DNA from: an uncultured Bacilli bacterium
GTDB lineage: Bacteria; Bacillota_I; Bacilli_A; RF39; UBA660
Reading direction: 5' to 3'
Assembly (NCBI GenBank): GCA_963931185.1
Contig: OZ006981.1
Location: 929,626-993,625 of the forward strand
DNA: 64,000 nucleotides
Made by a program: the position numbers and the translations under genes. Every line of letters begins with the position of its first letter. The first letter of the stretch is position 1. Below the pieces are notes generated by a model. That model saw only the letters and a program-made list of their open reading frames with translations. It did not search any database and was not told where the DNA came from. Positions 39,739-48,525 of the stretch are shown one piece after another.

Positions 39739-40455
39739 ATGTATAAAAAAATAGAAGAGTTATATAAAAAGCAAAGCCCATACAATAAAATAAAAATAAA
39801 AATGTTTTGGGCATATATTGGAATAGTTTTCTTTTTGCTATTATTCAATATAATTGATTCAAGTTTTATGATGTTATTAACAGTAATTATAACAACGATT
39901 ATAATGAAAAAAATATGTGAAAAGGAATTGAATACAAAATTGCATTTTAAATTTGATAAGAAGGACACAGAAGGTAAATTTTTAGATGAAATAATTTGTG
40001 ATAAAGAAAACGAAATGTTTAAAAACTTTTTGAGAAAAAATAAAATGGATAATTTACAAACTGTAAAATGCATTATGGAACATTATAGAAATTTAGTAAA
40101 ACCAAAAATTGTAAGTGATAATTTTTGGTCAATAATAGCAATAACAATTTCAATTTTACTTGCATTTGTAACAAAAGATGGATTTGATTTTAAAAGTTTT
40201 GAAAAAGCATTGCCATATTTAATTAGTTTTACTTTTATTATTTTAACAATTTTATTTTCTATCAAGCAATTTAGTGAAATAAGAACATTCTTAAAAGGGG
40301 AAGAAGGAATGTATGAAAGGCTAGAAGTTGTTTTTAGTGAATTATATGCTGAGAGTCTAAAAGAAAAAGATACCCCTAAGAAAAAAACTATAAAGATAAG
40401 AAATAAAAAAAGTAAAAATACTCTACCTGAAGGTACACCAAAACATCAAAAATAA
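39739..40455 (+). CDS. Membrane protein, unknown function
   Basis: 238 aa, CAGGAGG RBS, 4 hydrophobic helices, Lys-rich C-terminal tail. Confidence 0.6.
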   Translation: MYKKIEELYKKQSPYNKIKIKMFWAYIGIVFFLLLFNIIDSSFMMLLTVIITTIIMKKICEKELNTKLHFKFDKKDTEGKFLDEIICDKENEMFKNFLRKNKMDNLQTVKCIMEHYRNLVKPKIVSDNFWSIIAITISILLAFVTKDGFDFKSFEKALPYLISFTFIILTILFSIKQFSEIRTFLKGEEGMYERLEVVFSELYAESLKEKDTPKKKTIKIRNKKSKNTLPEGTPKHQK

Positions 40456-40631
40456 ATCCAAAATTCCTATTATAATTATCTTTGGGAACGAATTGGCGTT
40501 TTGATAAATTCCTCAGGAACAAATTGGGAACACTGGCATAGAACAAGATAGGTAAAATAGGGCGTTTTGCGACAAATTTGGCAAATGACAAAACAATAAT
40601 AATGCAAAATATGCTAGAAAATTAACACACG

Positions 40632-40648
40632 CCAAATCCCCCTGAAGG
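40632..40648 (+). repeat. Copy of CCAAA(T)CCCCCTGAAGG motif, no hairpin or terminator attached
   Basis: CCAAATCCCCCTGAAGG matches 15776-15791 (CCAAACCCCCTGAAGG) except for one inserted T. Confidence 0.6.
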
Positions 40649-40792
40649 ATCCATAATGCTCATTTTTCACATTTATTTTTTTAGACTATTATTAACTGAT
40701 GAATTTCTTTTTTCTAGAAAAAAAGAGTGTATGATATAAAATTTATAAAATGTGATGTATAATATTATAAAAAGATTTGGTGATGTCAATAA

Positions 40793-41443
40793 ATGAAGAA
40801 TATAAAAAGAAATATTGTATATGTTGGTTATGATTCATATTACAAAGATACTCTTAAATTACGTGATACAAAAATAAATAATATTAAACCAAATTTAATT
40901 AATATTGATACATTAGAAGAACTTGATAGAAAACAAGGATTCTTGTTGTTACTTACAATGGATGAATTATATGATTATTTTCCTAATATAGTAGATATAT
41001 TTGAACCAGATGTTTATGAAATTGATAGATATTTGAGAAAAAAGTTTAAAAATTTTGAATATGTAATTGTAATTTCAATTGAAGAGTTTGATTATGGTCA
41101 TATACCTTTTTCTAATATGTATGTAGTATTTGCAAATAACTATTTCAATACAGATGAAGGTATTAATGTCTTAATAGATAAAATATCTAAAGAATTTATA
41201 TTTAAGAAAGAAAGTAAACTATCAAAAATAAAATGTAATAATGTAGAAAAATTAATAACTTTTATTAAAAAGTCTAAGAAAGATTTTTTTTCAACAGAAG
41301 AAATAAAACAAAAATTAAATGTAAATGAAAAATGGATTCAAAGATATATGAAAGAAATGAATAATATTTATAATAATATAGGCTATAATAAAAGAAAAAG
41401 GTTATGGTATGTTGTAAAAAAAACAACACGAAAAAATAAATAA
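40793..41443 (+). CDS. Hypothetical protein with probable C-terminal winged-HTH
   Basis: 216 aa. C-terminal FSTEEIKQKLNVNEKWIQRYMKEMNNIYNNIGYNKRKRLWYV looks HTH-like. Has its own terminator. Confidence 0.55.
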   Translation: MKNIKRNIVYVGYDSYYKDTLKLRDTKINNIKPNLINIDTLEELDRKQGFLLLLTMDELYDYFPNIVDIFEPDVYEIDRYLRKKFKNFEYVIVISIEEFDYGHIPFSNMYVVFANNYFNTDEGINVLIDKISKEFIFKKESKLSKIKCNNVEKLITFIKKSKKDFFSTEEIKQKLNVNEKWIQRYMKEMNNIYNNIGYNKRKRLWYVVKKTTRKNK

Positions 41444-41451
41444 AAGCAATG

Positions 41452-41480
41452 AAAAACGTAGAAATACGTTTTATTTTTTT
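41452..41480 (+). terminator. Rho-independent terminator
   Basis: AACGTA-GAAA-TACGTT followed by TTATTTTTTT. Confidence 0.65.
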
Positions 41481-41556
41481 GTCCATCACAAAACACTAGT
41501 CCAGCAAAAATTTTAATTAAGAGTTATAGTTATATCAAGAAAAGGAGGAATAGCAT

Positions 41557-42261
41557 ATGTTAGAGTTTGTTGAAAACCTATTAAGTTCACAAGATAACAT
41601 TATAGATCAGCTAAAATTATTAAGAGAAAATAAAAATAATAAGGAGGTTAAGAAATATATGCGAGCTCTTGTTAAAGACAATAACTCGCCATATTTCAAA
41701 TATTGTATTGACAAATATTATTTTAATAAAGATGTAAAGGAGGTAAAACCATCAATAAGACCATTAAGACCACTGTATCATTTGAAAGAAACACAAAAAA
41801 TACAGAGTCTTTTAGAATCTAGAAATAATATTATTGATCAACTTAAGTTACTAAAAGAATATAAAAGTACTAAATATGTTGATACTTATATTAAAGAATA
41901 CTTAGAACTTTGGTCAAATGAGTACGAAGCTTACTGCATTCAAAAATATTACTATGATATGGATGTTAAAGAAGTAGAACCTAATGCCAAAAGTCTTAAT
42001 ATTACTTTATATAGAATTTCTTTTAAAGAAACAGAAAGTAAACAAGAAAAAGACAAACAAAATGGTTATGCAAAATCAGTCAAGAAAAACGATAAAATAA
42101 AAATACTAGATGGTCCTTTTAAAAATCAAATCGGAATAGTAAATTCCTTTGATAGAGATAATTCTAAAATATTTGTTACAATTTCTCTTTTTGAAGAAAA
42201 ATTTAATATAGAATATGATGGTAAGTTTGAAAAAATTAAGGAGGCTAAAAGTGAAAAATAG
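41557..42261 (+). CDS. Protein with two tandem ~75-aa repeats and a C-terminal KOW (NusG-CTD-like) domain
   Basis: AAGGAGG RBS. Repeat 1 is SSQDNIIDQLKLLRENKNNKEVKKYMRAL...YCIDKYYFNKDVKEVKP. Repeat 2 is ESRNNIIDQLKLLKEYKSTKYVDTYIKEY...YCIQKYYYDMDVKEVEP. KOW is KIKILDGPFKNQIGIVNSFDRDNSKIFVTISLFEEKFNIEYDGKFEKI. Confidence 0.75.
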   Translation: MLEFVENLLSSQDNIIDQLKLLRENKNNKEVKKYMRALVKDNNSPYFKYCIDKYYFNKDVKEVKPSIRPLRPLYHLKETQKIQSLLESRNNIIDQLKLLKEYKSTKYVDTYIKEYLELWSNEYEAYCIQKYYYDMDVKEVEPNAKSLNITLYRISFKETESKQEKDKQNGYAKSVKKNDKIKILDGPFKNQIGIVNSFDRDNSKIFVTISLFEEKFNIEYDGKFEKIKEAKSEK

Positions 42262-44926
42262 AATAGAGTTACATGCTAAAACAAAATATAGCATAGACCA
42301 TGAAAGTACAATCGATATTAAAGAATTAATATTAAAGTGTGCCAGTAATGGTGAAAAAGGTGTAGCTATTGTTGATAAAGATAGCGTCCTTAGTTTTTTA
42401 AAAGCAGAGAAAATACTAAAAGAATTAAATATAAAAAATTTTAAATTAGTATATGGAATAGAGGTAAATGTTTTTATTGAAAAACTAACTTATAAAGCTG
42501 TAATTCTATTAAAGAAAAGAAATGGACTTTCCACACTATATAGAATGTTATCCCCTTACTTCACTAATAATAAATTACTATTAGAAGATTTAATGCTTAG
42601 TAAAAAGAATTTTATAATTGGTTTAATATATGAACAAGACAATTATAATTCTAATATATTACAATATTTTAATTATGTAGAAGTAGATGATAAAGTATCT
42701 GAAGAAGTAATTGCCAATTTAAAAAGAAAGACTTTAGTAGTTTACTCAAATAGAATTAATGCCTTATCAAAAGATGAAGAATTAAGTAAAAAAGTTCTTT
42801 ATAACAAATTACATATAAAAGAAAAAATTGATACTAGAATCTATAAAAGTACACAAGAAATTTTAAAACAGGTAAAAGATATTGAAATTGTTATTGATAA
42901 CCCTAATAAAATATTTAATATGATAGAGAATTTCAACTTGTTAGAAAATAACATTTATTTACCTGTAGATGATAATTCATATATTGATTTGTTAGTGAAT
43001 ACTAAACTGAATGAAAAATATAATAATGATATTCCGTTGAAAGTAAAAAAACGTATTGAAGAAGAATTGAAACTTATTAAAGAACATAATTATGAAGGAT
43101 TCATTAATTTATATAAAAAAATAATTGATAAGTGCAAAGAAGAACAGGAAGAATATGTTATTTGTGATTACATTAATTATTTATATATTGCTTATTTACT
43201 AGGAATAACACATTTTAATCCAATAAAGCATAATCTAAATTACGAACTTTTTTTTATCAATCATCCCAAAATCACCATTAAAATATCACCAGAATTTGTT
43301 AAAAAATTAAATATTTTTATTAAAGAAGAACTAAATGTTAATATGATTAGATGTAAAGGATTGATGAGATTAAATAGTAGTAATGTTAAAAATATAATTA
43401 GTGATTATAAGAAAAAATATAATATTAAAATCTCTACTTCGGATAAGTTACTTATAAATAAATATTTAATGAATTATCCAATTAATAATTGGGCATTAAC
43501 TCCAAAGAATTTTATATTACCTGCTGGTGTTAATATATTTGACTTATCACCCCGTGAACTTATAAAAGAAGATGATTCATATCATAGAGTTACAAATATA
43601 GATTATAAGGATATTGAAGAAAACTTTATAACATTAGAATTAATAGCAACTGATAAATTAATGCATTTAATGGAATTGAAAGACATTACTAAAGATAAGA
43701 TAATTAATTGTAATTATAAAGATAGTAATATTATAAAAAATGAAGCTTTTCAAGATTATTTAGAAGCTTATCAAAAAGATATATTATTGGATGATTTATA
43801 TGAAGACTGTTTAAATAGTAAAATTGATTTAATTGAAATATTTAATATAATTAATGAAATAAAGCATGAAAAAAATATTTCTAATAAAACTAAGAAAATA
43901 TTGACTAAAAACAATATAGTAATAAACGACAAGAATGCTAATTTTATTTGTAGAGGCATATTAAATGAAAGAACTAGATTAGAATATGAACTATTGTATT
44001 TTAAAAAATATTATCCATTAGAGTACTATTATGTTTTATTAAAAGATTGTCCTTTTAATGATATTATAGACATTATAAAAAATGGTTATGAAGAGGTTAA
44101 AAATAGAATTAAAGATTATTCAAAATATAGATATGAATATAAATATTTAAAGTTAGTAGCAAAGTTATATGAATCAAATATTAATTTTTCTATTGAAGAA
44201 AGAGAAATAGTAGAAGATTATTGTTTTGAATTAGATAAGGAAAATAAAAAAATAATTTTAATAACTAATAAGACAAATAATGAAATTTATAAATATTTAT
44301 CTAATAATTTATCTGTAATAGGAACAAGACCAATAAATGGAAAAATGCCATATATGAGTAAAATAATCGCTAAATTAATAAGAATTAATAAAGATGTAAT
44401 ATTGTTTGGATTAGATGGAAAAACTAATTTTTATTTAGAATATCTATTATCGGAAATAACTAGAATAGATAGAAAAGCAATTAGGCAATATTTAAATCCA
44501 TGCTCTTGCTATAAGGATAGTATTTTAACAATCGATGAAGAACGTTATATTAATGGAATAAGATATTTGTTATATCATAATTTAACAATAAAAGATTACC
44601 ATAATGTTAAAGATATTATTATTGATGATTCTAACATGATGATAGATAAATTAATTTATATGATTGAAGAGAGTGAAAGTAAAGTAATAATCATTGATAG
44701 AGTTGAATCTATAGAAGGTAATATTAGTAATACTTTAGAAAGAATAAAAGAAATTGCTAAATTAAAAAAACTTAATGTCATACTTTTTACAAATCTAAAA
44801 AAAGAATATGAAGAATCTAACAAAAAGGATATATCTTCGTTTGAAAATAATGAATTGTTGGATAAATATGTTGATTATATAAATATTTTAGATGGTAAAG
44901 AGTTATATCATATAAAGGAAAAATAA
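42251..44926 (+). CDS. Pol III alpha (DnaE/PolC)-like protein with substituted catalytic residues, fused to a DnaB-C-terminal-like RecA domain
   Basis: GTG 42251 follows AAGGAGG. PHP-like N-terminus has ELHAKT instead of HxH and IVDK instead of (I/V)TDH. Conserved scaffold motifs are retained (PLKVKKRIEEELKLIKEHNYEGF, LLGITHFNP at 43196-43222, LYFKKYYPLEYY). The palm motif reads HPKITIKI (43262-43285) where the family has PDIDxDF. The C-terminal ~230 aa follow the DnaB RecA-domain pattern (GTRPINGKM 44321-44347, VILFGLDG, VIIIDRVESIEG). Confidence 0.65.
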   Translation: MKNRIELHAKTKYSIDHESTIDIKELILKCASNGEKGVAIVDKDSVLSFLKAEKILKELNIKNFKLVYGIEVNVFIEKLTYKAVILLKKRNGLSTLYRMLSPYFTNNKLLLEDLMLSKKNFIIGLIYEQDNYNSNILQYFNYVEVDDKVSEEVIANLKRKTLVVYSNRINALSKDEELSKKVLYNKLHIKEKIDTRIYKSTQEILKQVKDIEIVIDNPNKIFNMIENFNLLENNIYLPVDDNSYIDLLVNTKLNEKYNNDIPLKVKKRIEEELKLIKEHNYEGFINLYKKIIDKCKEEQEEYVICDYINYLYIAYLLGITHFNPIKHNLNYELFFINHPKITIKISPEFVKKLNIFIKEELNVNMIRCKGLMRLNSSNVKNIISDYKKKYNIKISTSDKLLINKYLMNYPINNWALTPKNFILPAGVNIFDLSPRELIKEDDSYHRVTNIDYKDIEENFITLELIATDKLMHLMELKDITKDKIINCNYKDSNIIKNEAFQDYLEAYQKDILLDDLYEDCLNSKIDLIEIFNIINEIKHEKNISNKTKKILTKNNIVINDKNANFICRGILNERTRLEYELLYFKKYYPLEYYYVLLKDCPFNDIIDIIKNGYEEVKNRIKDYSKYRYEYKYLKLVAKLYESNINFSIEEREIVEDYCFELDKENKKIILITNKTNNEIYKYLSNNLSVIGTRPINGKMPYMSKIIAKLIRINKDVILFGLDGKTNFYLEYLLSEITRIDRKAIRQYLNPCSCYKDSILTIDEERYINGIRYLLYHNLTIKDYHNVKDIIIDDSNMMIDKLIYMIEESESKVIIIDRVESIEGNISNTLERIKEIAKLKKLNVILFTNLKKEYEESNKKDISSFENNELLDKYVDYINILDGKELYHIKEK

Positions 44927-44927
44927 G

Positions 44928-45599
44928 ATGGACAAGGTTAAAGAATATATTTTAAACAATAAGATTACACTTGTTATTACTTCACCAAACTCAAAAATTT
45001 TATCTATTATTAATTTACTAAATGAATTATCAATTAAAGGAAAATATAAGACTGTTTTATTCAGTTTTAACATTAGCTGTAATTATTATTTACAAAAGTT
45101 AATATCATTTCTATCAGGTATTAACAATAGTATAATCACAAAGTATTTTTATCCATATGTAATAAATAGTAAAAAGAATAGAGATAAGATTAATCGTAAT
45201 AAATTTATTGATTCAATAGGAGAAATACAGAGTAGCAATATTTTAATGAATAGTGAAAAATATGCTGTTGATAAAGATTATTTAGATTATATTCTAGATT
45301 ACTCAGAAAGCAATGTGTTAATAATTGATGATTTTTATGCATTACTAGATAAGACAAAGTATAGTCTAGATGAAATACTAATAAAAGTAAAAGAGAAACA
45401 AGATATTCATTTAGTTTTATTTATAAAGACAAAATATAAAGAAAAAGTAGTAAGACAATTTGCCGAAGTAATAAGAAATTATATTTTTATAGATGGATTT
45501 AATTATGAGGAATATAAAGAGATAAATATTAATATTTTAAATAAAACATTCAAATTGCAATTAAATAAAATGAATCAAATAATGAAGACAAACGATTAA
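44928..45599 (+). CDS. DnaB-C-terminal-like (RecA-fold) protein with degenerate Walker A
   Basis: TLVITSPNSKILSIINLLNELSIKGKYKTVLFSFNISCNYYLQKLISFLSGINNSII parallels DnaB ...ARPxMGKT...V..FSLEM...L..R......i. Walker B-like VLIIDDF. Starts 2 nt after the upstream stop. Confidence 0.55.
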   Translation: MDKVKEYILNNKITLVITSPNSKILSIINLLNELSIKGKYKTVLFSFNISCNYYLQKLISFLSGINNSIITKYFYPYVINSKKNRDKINRNKFIDSIGEIQSSNILMNSEKYAVDKDYLDYILDYSESNVLIIDDFYALLDKTKYSLDEILIKVKEKQDIHLVLFIKTKYKEKVVRQFAEVIRNYIFIDGFNYEEYKEININILNKTFKLQLNKMNQIMKTND

Positions 45600-45718
45600 G
45601 AAAATTGATAAATTTGAAAATATATTGTAAGAGTTTATATTATTAAAGAGCATTGGAGTTTTTAAGAAAAGTAAGGGCTGATACGCTATACTAAGATTAG
45701 TAAGTTAGAGGTGAGTAT

Positions 45719-46954
45719 GTGAAATTAAAAATATTAAAAGGTACTAGTGAAATAGGTGGATGCATAACAGAAATAGTAAGTAATAAAGGAACAAGGATTA
45801 TTATTGATCTAGGCGAAGATTTACCAGATGATAATGTATCAAAATGTGAAAATCCAAATATTGATGGCTTAACCATAGGTGATAAAAAGTATGATGCAGT
45901 TTTTATTACACATAGCCATGGTGATCATATTGGTCTAATAAATTATGTGTTAGATGGTATCGATGTTTATGTTGAACCTACTTCCAAAATAATATATAGT
46001 TTATTATCTACTTTTACACATAAGAAAATAAGATTTAAAACTAAAGATATGTTTTTTAAAAAAAAGATAATAATTAATGATGATATAATTGTGACACCAT
46101 ATATAGTTGATCATTCATCATATAATTCATCAATGTTATTAATTGAGGCTGATGGCAAGAAGGTACTGCACACAGGAGATTTCAGAAATCATGGAGTTAA
46201 AGGTAAATTGTTTGTACCAACACTAAAAGAAATTGGAAATGTTGATATAATTGTAACTGAAGGAACTTCTTTAAGTAGAGGTAATGTTAAATATAAAACA
46301 GAGGAAGATATAGTTAAAGAAGCCAAAAGGGTATTTTATAACTATGACCAAGTTTTTATTTTACAATCATCAACAAATATTGATCGTATTAGAGGTTTTT
46401 ATAAAGCAGCAAAAGAAACTGACAAAAATTTTATAGAAGATCTTTTTACTTCAAATATAACAGTTTCTTTAAAAAATGATTCTATTCCTAATCCTAAAAC
46501 ATTTAATGATGTTTATACATGGATACCAAGAAGATATCTAGACAAATCATTTCGGTTTAAGAAAAAGTATTTGTTTCCTTTTTTGAAATATAGTAAGCAA
46601 AAATCTTATGTTAATAATAAATATGCATTAATGGTAAAGACATCGATGATTGAAGACATAAAAAAACTATATAATAAAAATCATATTACTAATGCGTGTT
46701 TAGTATATTCAATGTGGGAAGGATACAAAGAAAAAGTAGAAATGAAAACCTTTTTTGAAGAGGTGAAGAAATATGGAATTTCTGATATAATAGACATACA
46801 TACCTCAGGTCACGCTGATAAAGAAACTCTTGGTTTATTAAGTTTTCTTAAAGCAAAAAAGATAATTCCTATACATACAATCAAAAAAGAGGAATTATCC
46901 AATATTTTAGATAATGTTTATTTATTAGATGATAATGAAATATTAGATGTATAG
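45719..46954 (+). CDS. Metallo-beta-lactamase / beta-CASP-type nuclease (RNase J/CPSF-like fold)
   Basis: GTG start follows AGAGGTGA. HSHGDH (45911-45928), HTGDFRNHG, TEGTSL, and C-terminal HTSGHADKETL...IPIHT (beta-CASP motif C-like). The catalytic set looks intact. Confidence 0.75.
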   Translation: MKLKILKGTSEIGGCITEIVSNKGTRIIIDLGEDLPDDNVSKCENPNIDGLTIGDKKYDAVFITHSHGDHIGLINYVLDGIDVYVEPTSKIIYSLLSTFTHKKIRFKTKDMFFKKKIIINDDIIVTPYIVDHSSYNSSMLLIEADGKKVLHTGDFRNHGVKGKLFVPTLKEIGNVDIIVTEGTSLSRGNVKYKTEEDIVKEAKRVFYNYDQVFILQSSTNIDRIRGFYKAAKETDKNFIEDLFTSNITVSLKNDSIPNPKTFNDVYTWIPRRYLDKSFRFKKKYLFPFLKYSKQKSYVNNKYALMVKTSMIEDIKKLYNKNHITNACLVYSMWEGYKEKVEMKTFFEEVKKYGISDIIDIHTSGHADKETLGLLSFLKAKKIIPIHTIKKEELSNILDNVYLLDDNEILDV

Positions 46955-46966
46955 AAGGAGATATTT

Positions 46967-48406
46967 ATGGATAACATAAGTAATTTAAATATTAGTGATA
47001 TTGCTAAACAAGTTATTAAAAGATATGTTGGTAAAAAAGATTATGTTGTAAGAATTAGAGTAAATAAAAAAAATAAAAAACACAAAGTAGAAATTGTTGT
47101 ATATTATGAAGGAAGAAAATCATTTGAAGTTAAAGACAATAAGTTATTGTTAGATGGAGCTTATTTCTTTACTAAAGGAAATAAAAAAATTACACATTCT
47201 ATGGAGACGGAAATTGCTTGTTTAACTAAATTAGGTTTTTCATTTAAAATTGGTACCAAGATTGATTCTACTAATCAATATTATAAAGATGGATATAGAT
47301 ATCGTATTTTTGTAGAACCTTCTAGTGCTAAAAAAGGATCTAAAGAATGTTATGACAATTATAAAGAAGAAATAAAAGAAAGAATGGAAGTTATTTTAGA
47401 AGCTTTAAAAAGATATGATAATGATTTTATATATCATTATGATAATGAAACAAATATAAATAGTTTTTATACTAAAAAAGTTGATAATACTATTAATTAT
47501 TTTAAATTAAATGAATTATTAAAAATAGGTATAGATAACACTGTTAAACAAAAAGGCATTAAGAAAATCAAATTTAATGAAAAATTGGTTGGTTCCCAAA
47601 CGACCTATACTGAAGAAGAATATAGAATAATAGATTCTATTATGGAAAATAGAATTAAGACATATAATTTTGGAGTTCTTTTAGAAGAAAATAAAGAAGA
47701 ATATATCGATAACAATGAAAAAATATATCAACAATTACTTATGAACAAGATGTTTGATAAAAACGAAAGAGAACAACTTTTCAAAGTGGATAATTGTCCT
47801 TTTAAAGATAGCAATGCATATGAAATGGAATATAACTTATATGCTGCAAATAGAACTAATCGTAAACAGAAAACAAAAAAAGGAAGAGTAGATAATATAT
47901 TTATCAGTGGTAATAAGATTTTATTTACTGAATTAAAATATGACGAAAAAGTTATTGGCGGTACAAATGGAATTCATAAGCATTTAATTGATTTAATTAA
48001 TGGATTTGAAAAAAATGATGAAGCTTTATCTGAAATATATGACTATGTATGTGATTACAATGATGTGTTAACTTACATTAATGATAAAGAAGAATATATT
48101 ATTAAAAATGTGAAGAGATTTAATGACAAAGAAGTAGAAAAAGAATTTATAATTATATGTGGATATTCAAACAGTAAAAGGGATGTTGTTTATAATGAAT
48201 TAGAAAGAGTTTATCCTCTAACAGGAAAAAATGCTGGAGTAGAAAAATCATATGAGATATTTTTAGATAACAAAAAAATTAATTTAGAGGATATGACTAC
48301 TGAATGGTTGATTTCTTTACTTAAAAATAGATATCATTGTGAAACTAAGATTTTCATAGTAGATAACAATTATACTAAATTTGAAATATATCAAAAAAAA
48401 GTATAG
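46967..48406 (+). CDS. Hypothetical 479-aa protein with a putative PD-(D/E)xK nuclease core in the C-terminal half
   Basis: AAGGAG RBS. YEMEYNLY...GRVDNIFISGNKILFTELKYDEK (about 47882-47946) fits E...D...ExK. Nothing else recognised. Confidence 0.5.
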   Translation: MDNISNLNISDIAKQVIKRYVGKKDYVVRIRVNKKNKKHKVEIVVYYEGRKSFEVKDNKLLLDGAYFFTKGNKKITHSMETEIACLTKLGFSFKIGTKIDSTNQYYKDGYRYRIFVEPSSAKKGSKECYDNYKEEIKERMEVILEALKRYDNDFIYHYDNETNINSFYTKKVDNTINYFKLNELLKIGIDNTVKQKGIKKIKFNEKLVGSQTTYTEEEYRIIDSIMENRIKTYNFGVLLEENKEEYIDNNEKIYQQLLMNKMFDKNEREQLFKVDNCPFKDSNAYEMEYNLYAANRTNRKQKTKKGRVDNIFISGNKILFTELKYDEKVIGGTNGIHKHLIDLINGFEKNDEALSEIYDYVCDYNDVLTYINDKEEYIIKNVKRFNDKEVEKEFIIICGYSNSKRDVVYNELERVYPLTGKNAGVEKSYEIFLDNKKINLEDMTTEWLISLLKNRYHCETKIFIVDNNYTKFEIYQKKV

Positions 48407-48494
48407 AGTATGTAAATATGAAATCCTTTCATGATAACAAAATAATCTTTGATAGAAAGTGTATAAGATACAAATAAGTGATGATTATTTGAAC

Positions 48495-48525
48495 GGTCAA
48501 TGCGTTAAGCATTGGCTATTTTTTT
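48495..48525 (+). terminator. Rho-independent terminator of the 41557-48406 operon
   Basis: GGTCAATGC-GTTAA-GCATTGGC followed by TATTTTTTT. Confidence 0.7.

Noticed and set aside
39693-40073. 126-aa minus-strand ORF overlapping the 39739-40455 gene
   Set aside because: The plus-strand ORF has a CAGGAGG RBS and follows a terminator. The minus-strand ORF has neither an RBS nor any context.
40388-40591. 67-aa minus-strand ORF in the intergenic region carrying the junction motif
   Set aside because: It has no RBS, and it overlaps the 3' end of the plus-strand gene. The region looks like degenerate non-coding DNA.
40456-40792. Short minus-strand peptides overlapping the CCCCCTGAAGG motif (MDPSGGFGVC at 40.6 kb, MPFRGFG at 15.8 kb)
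   Set aside because: The reading frames differ between copies because of the one-base indel. There are no RBSs, so there is no conserved peptide.
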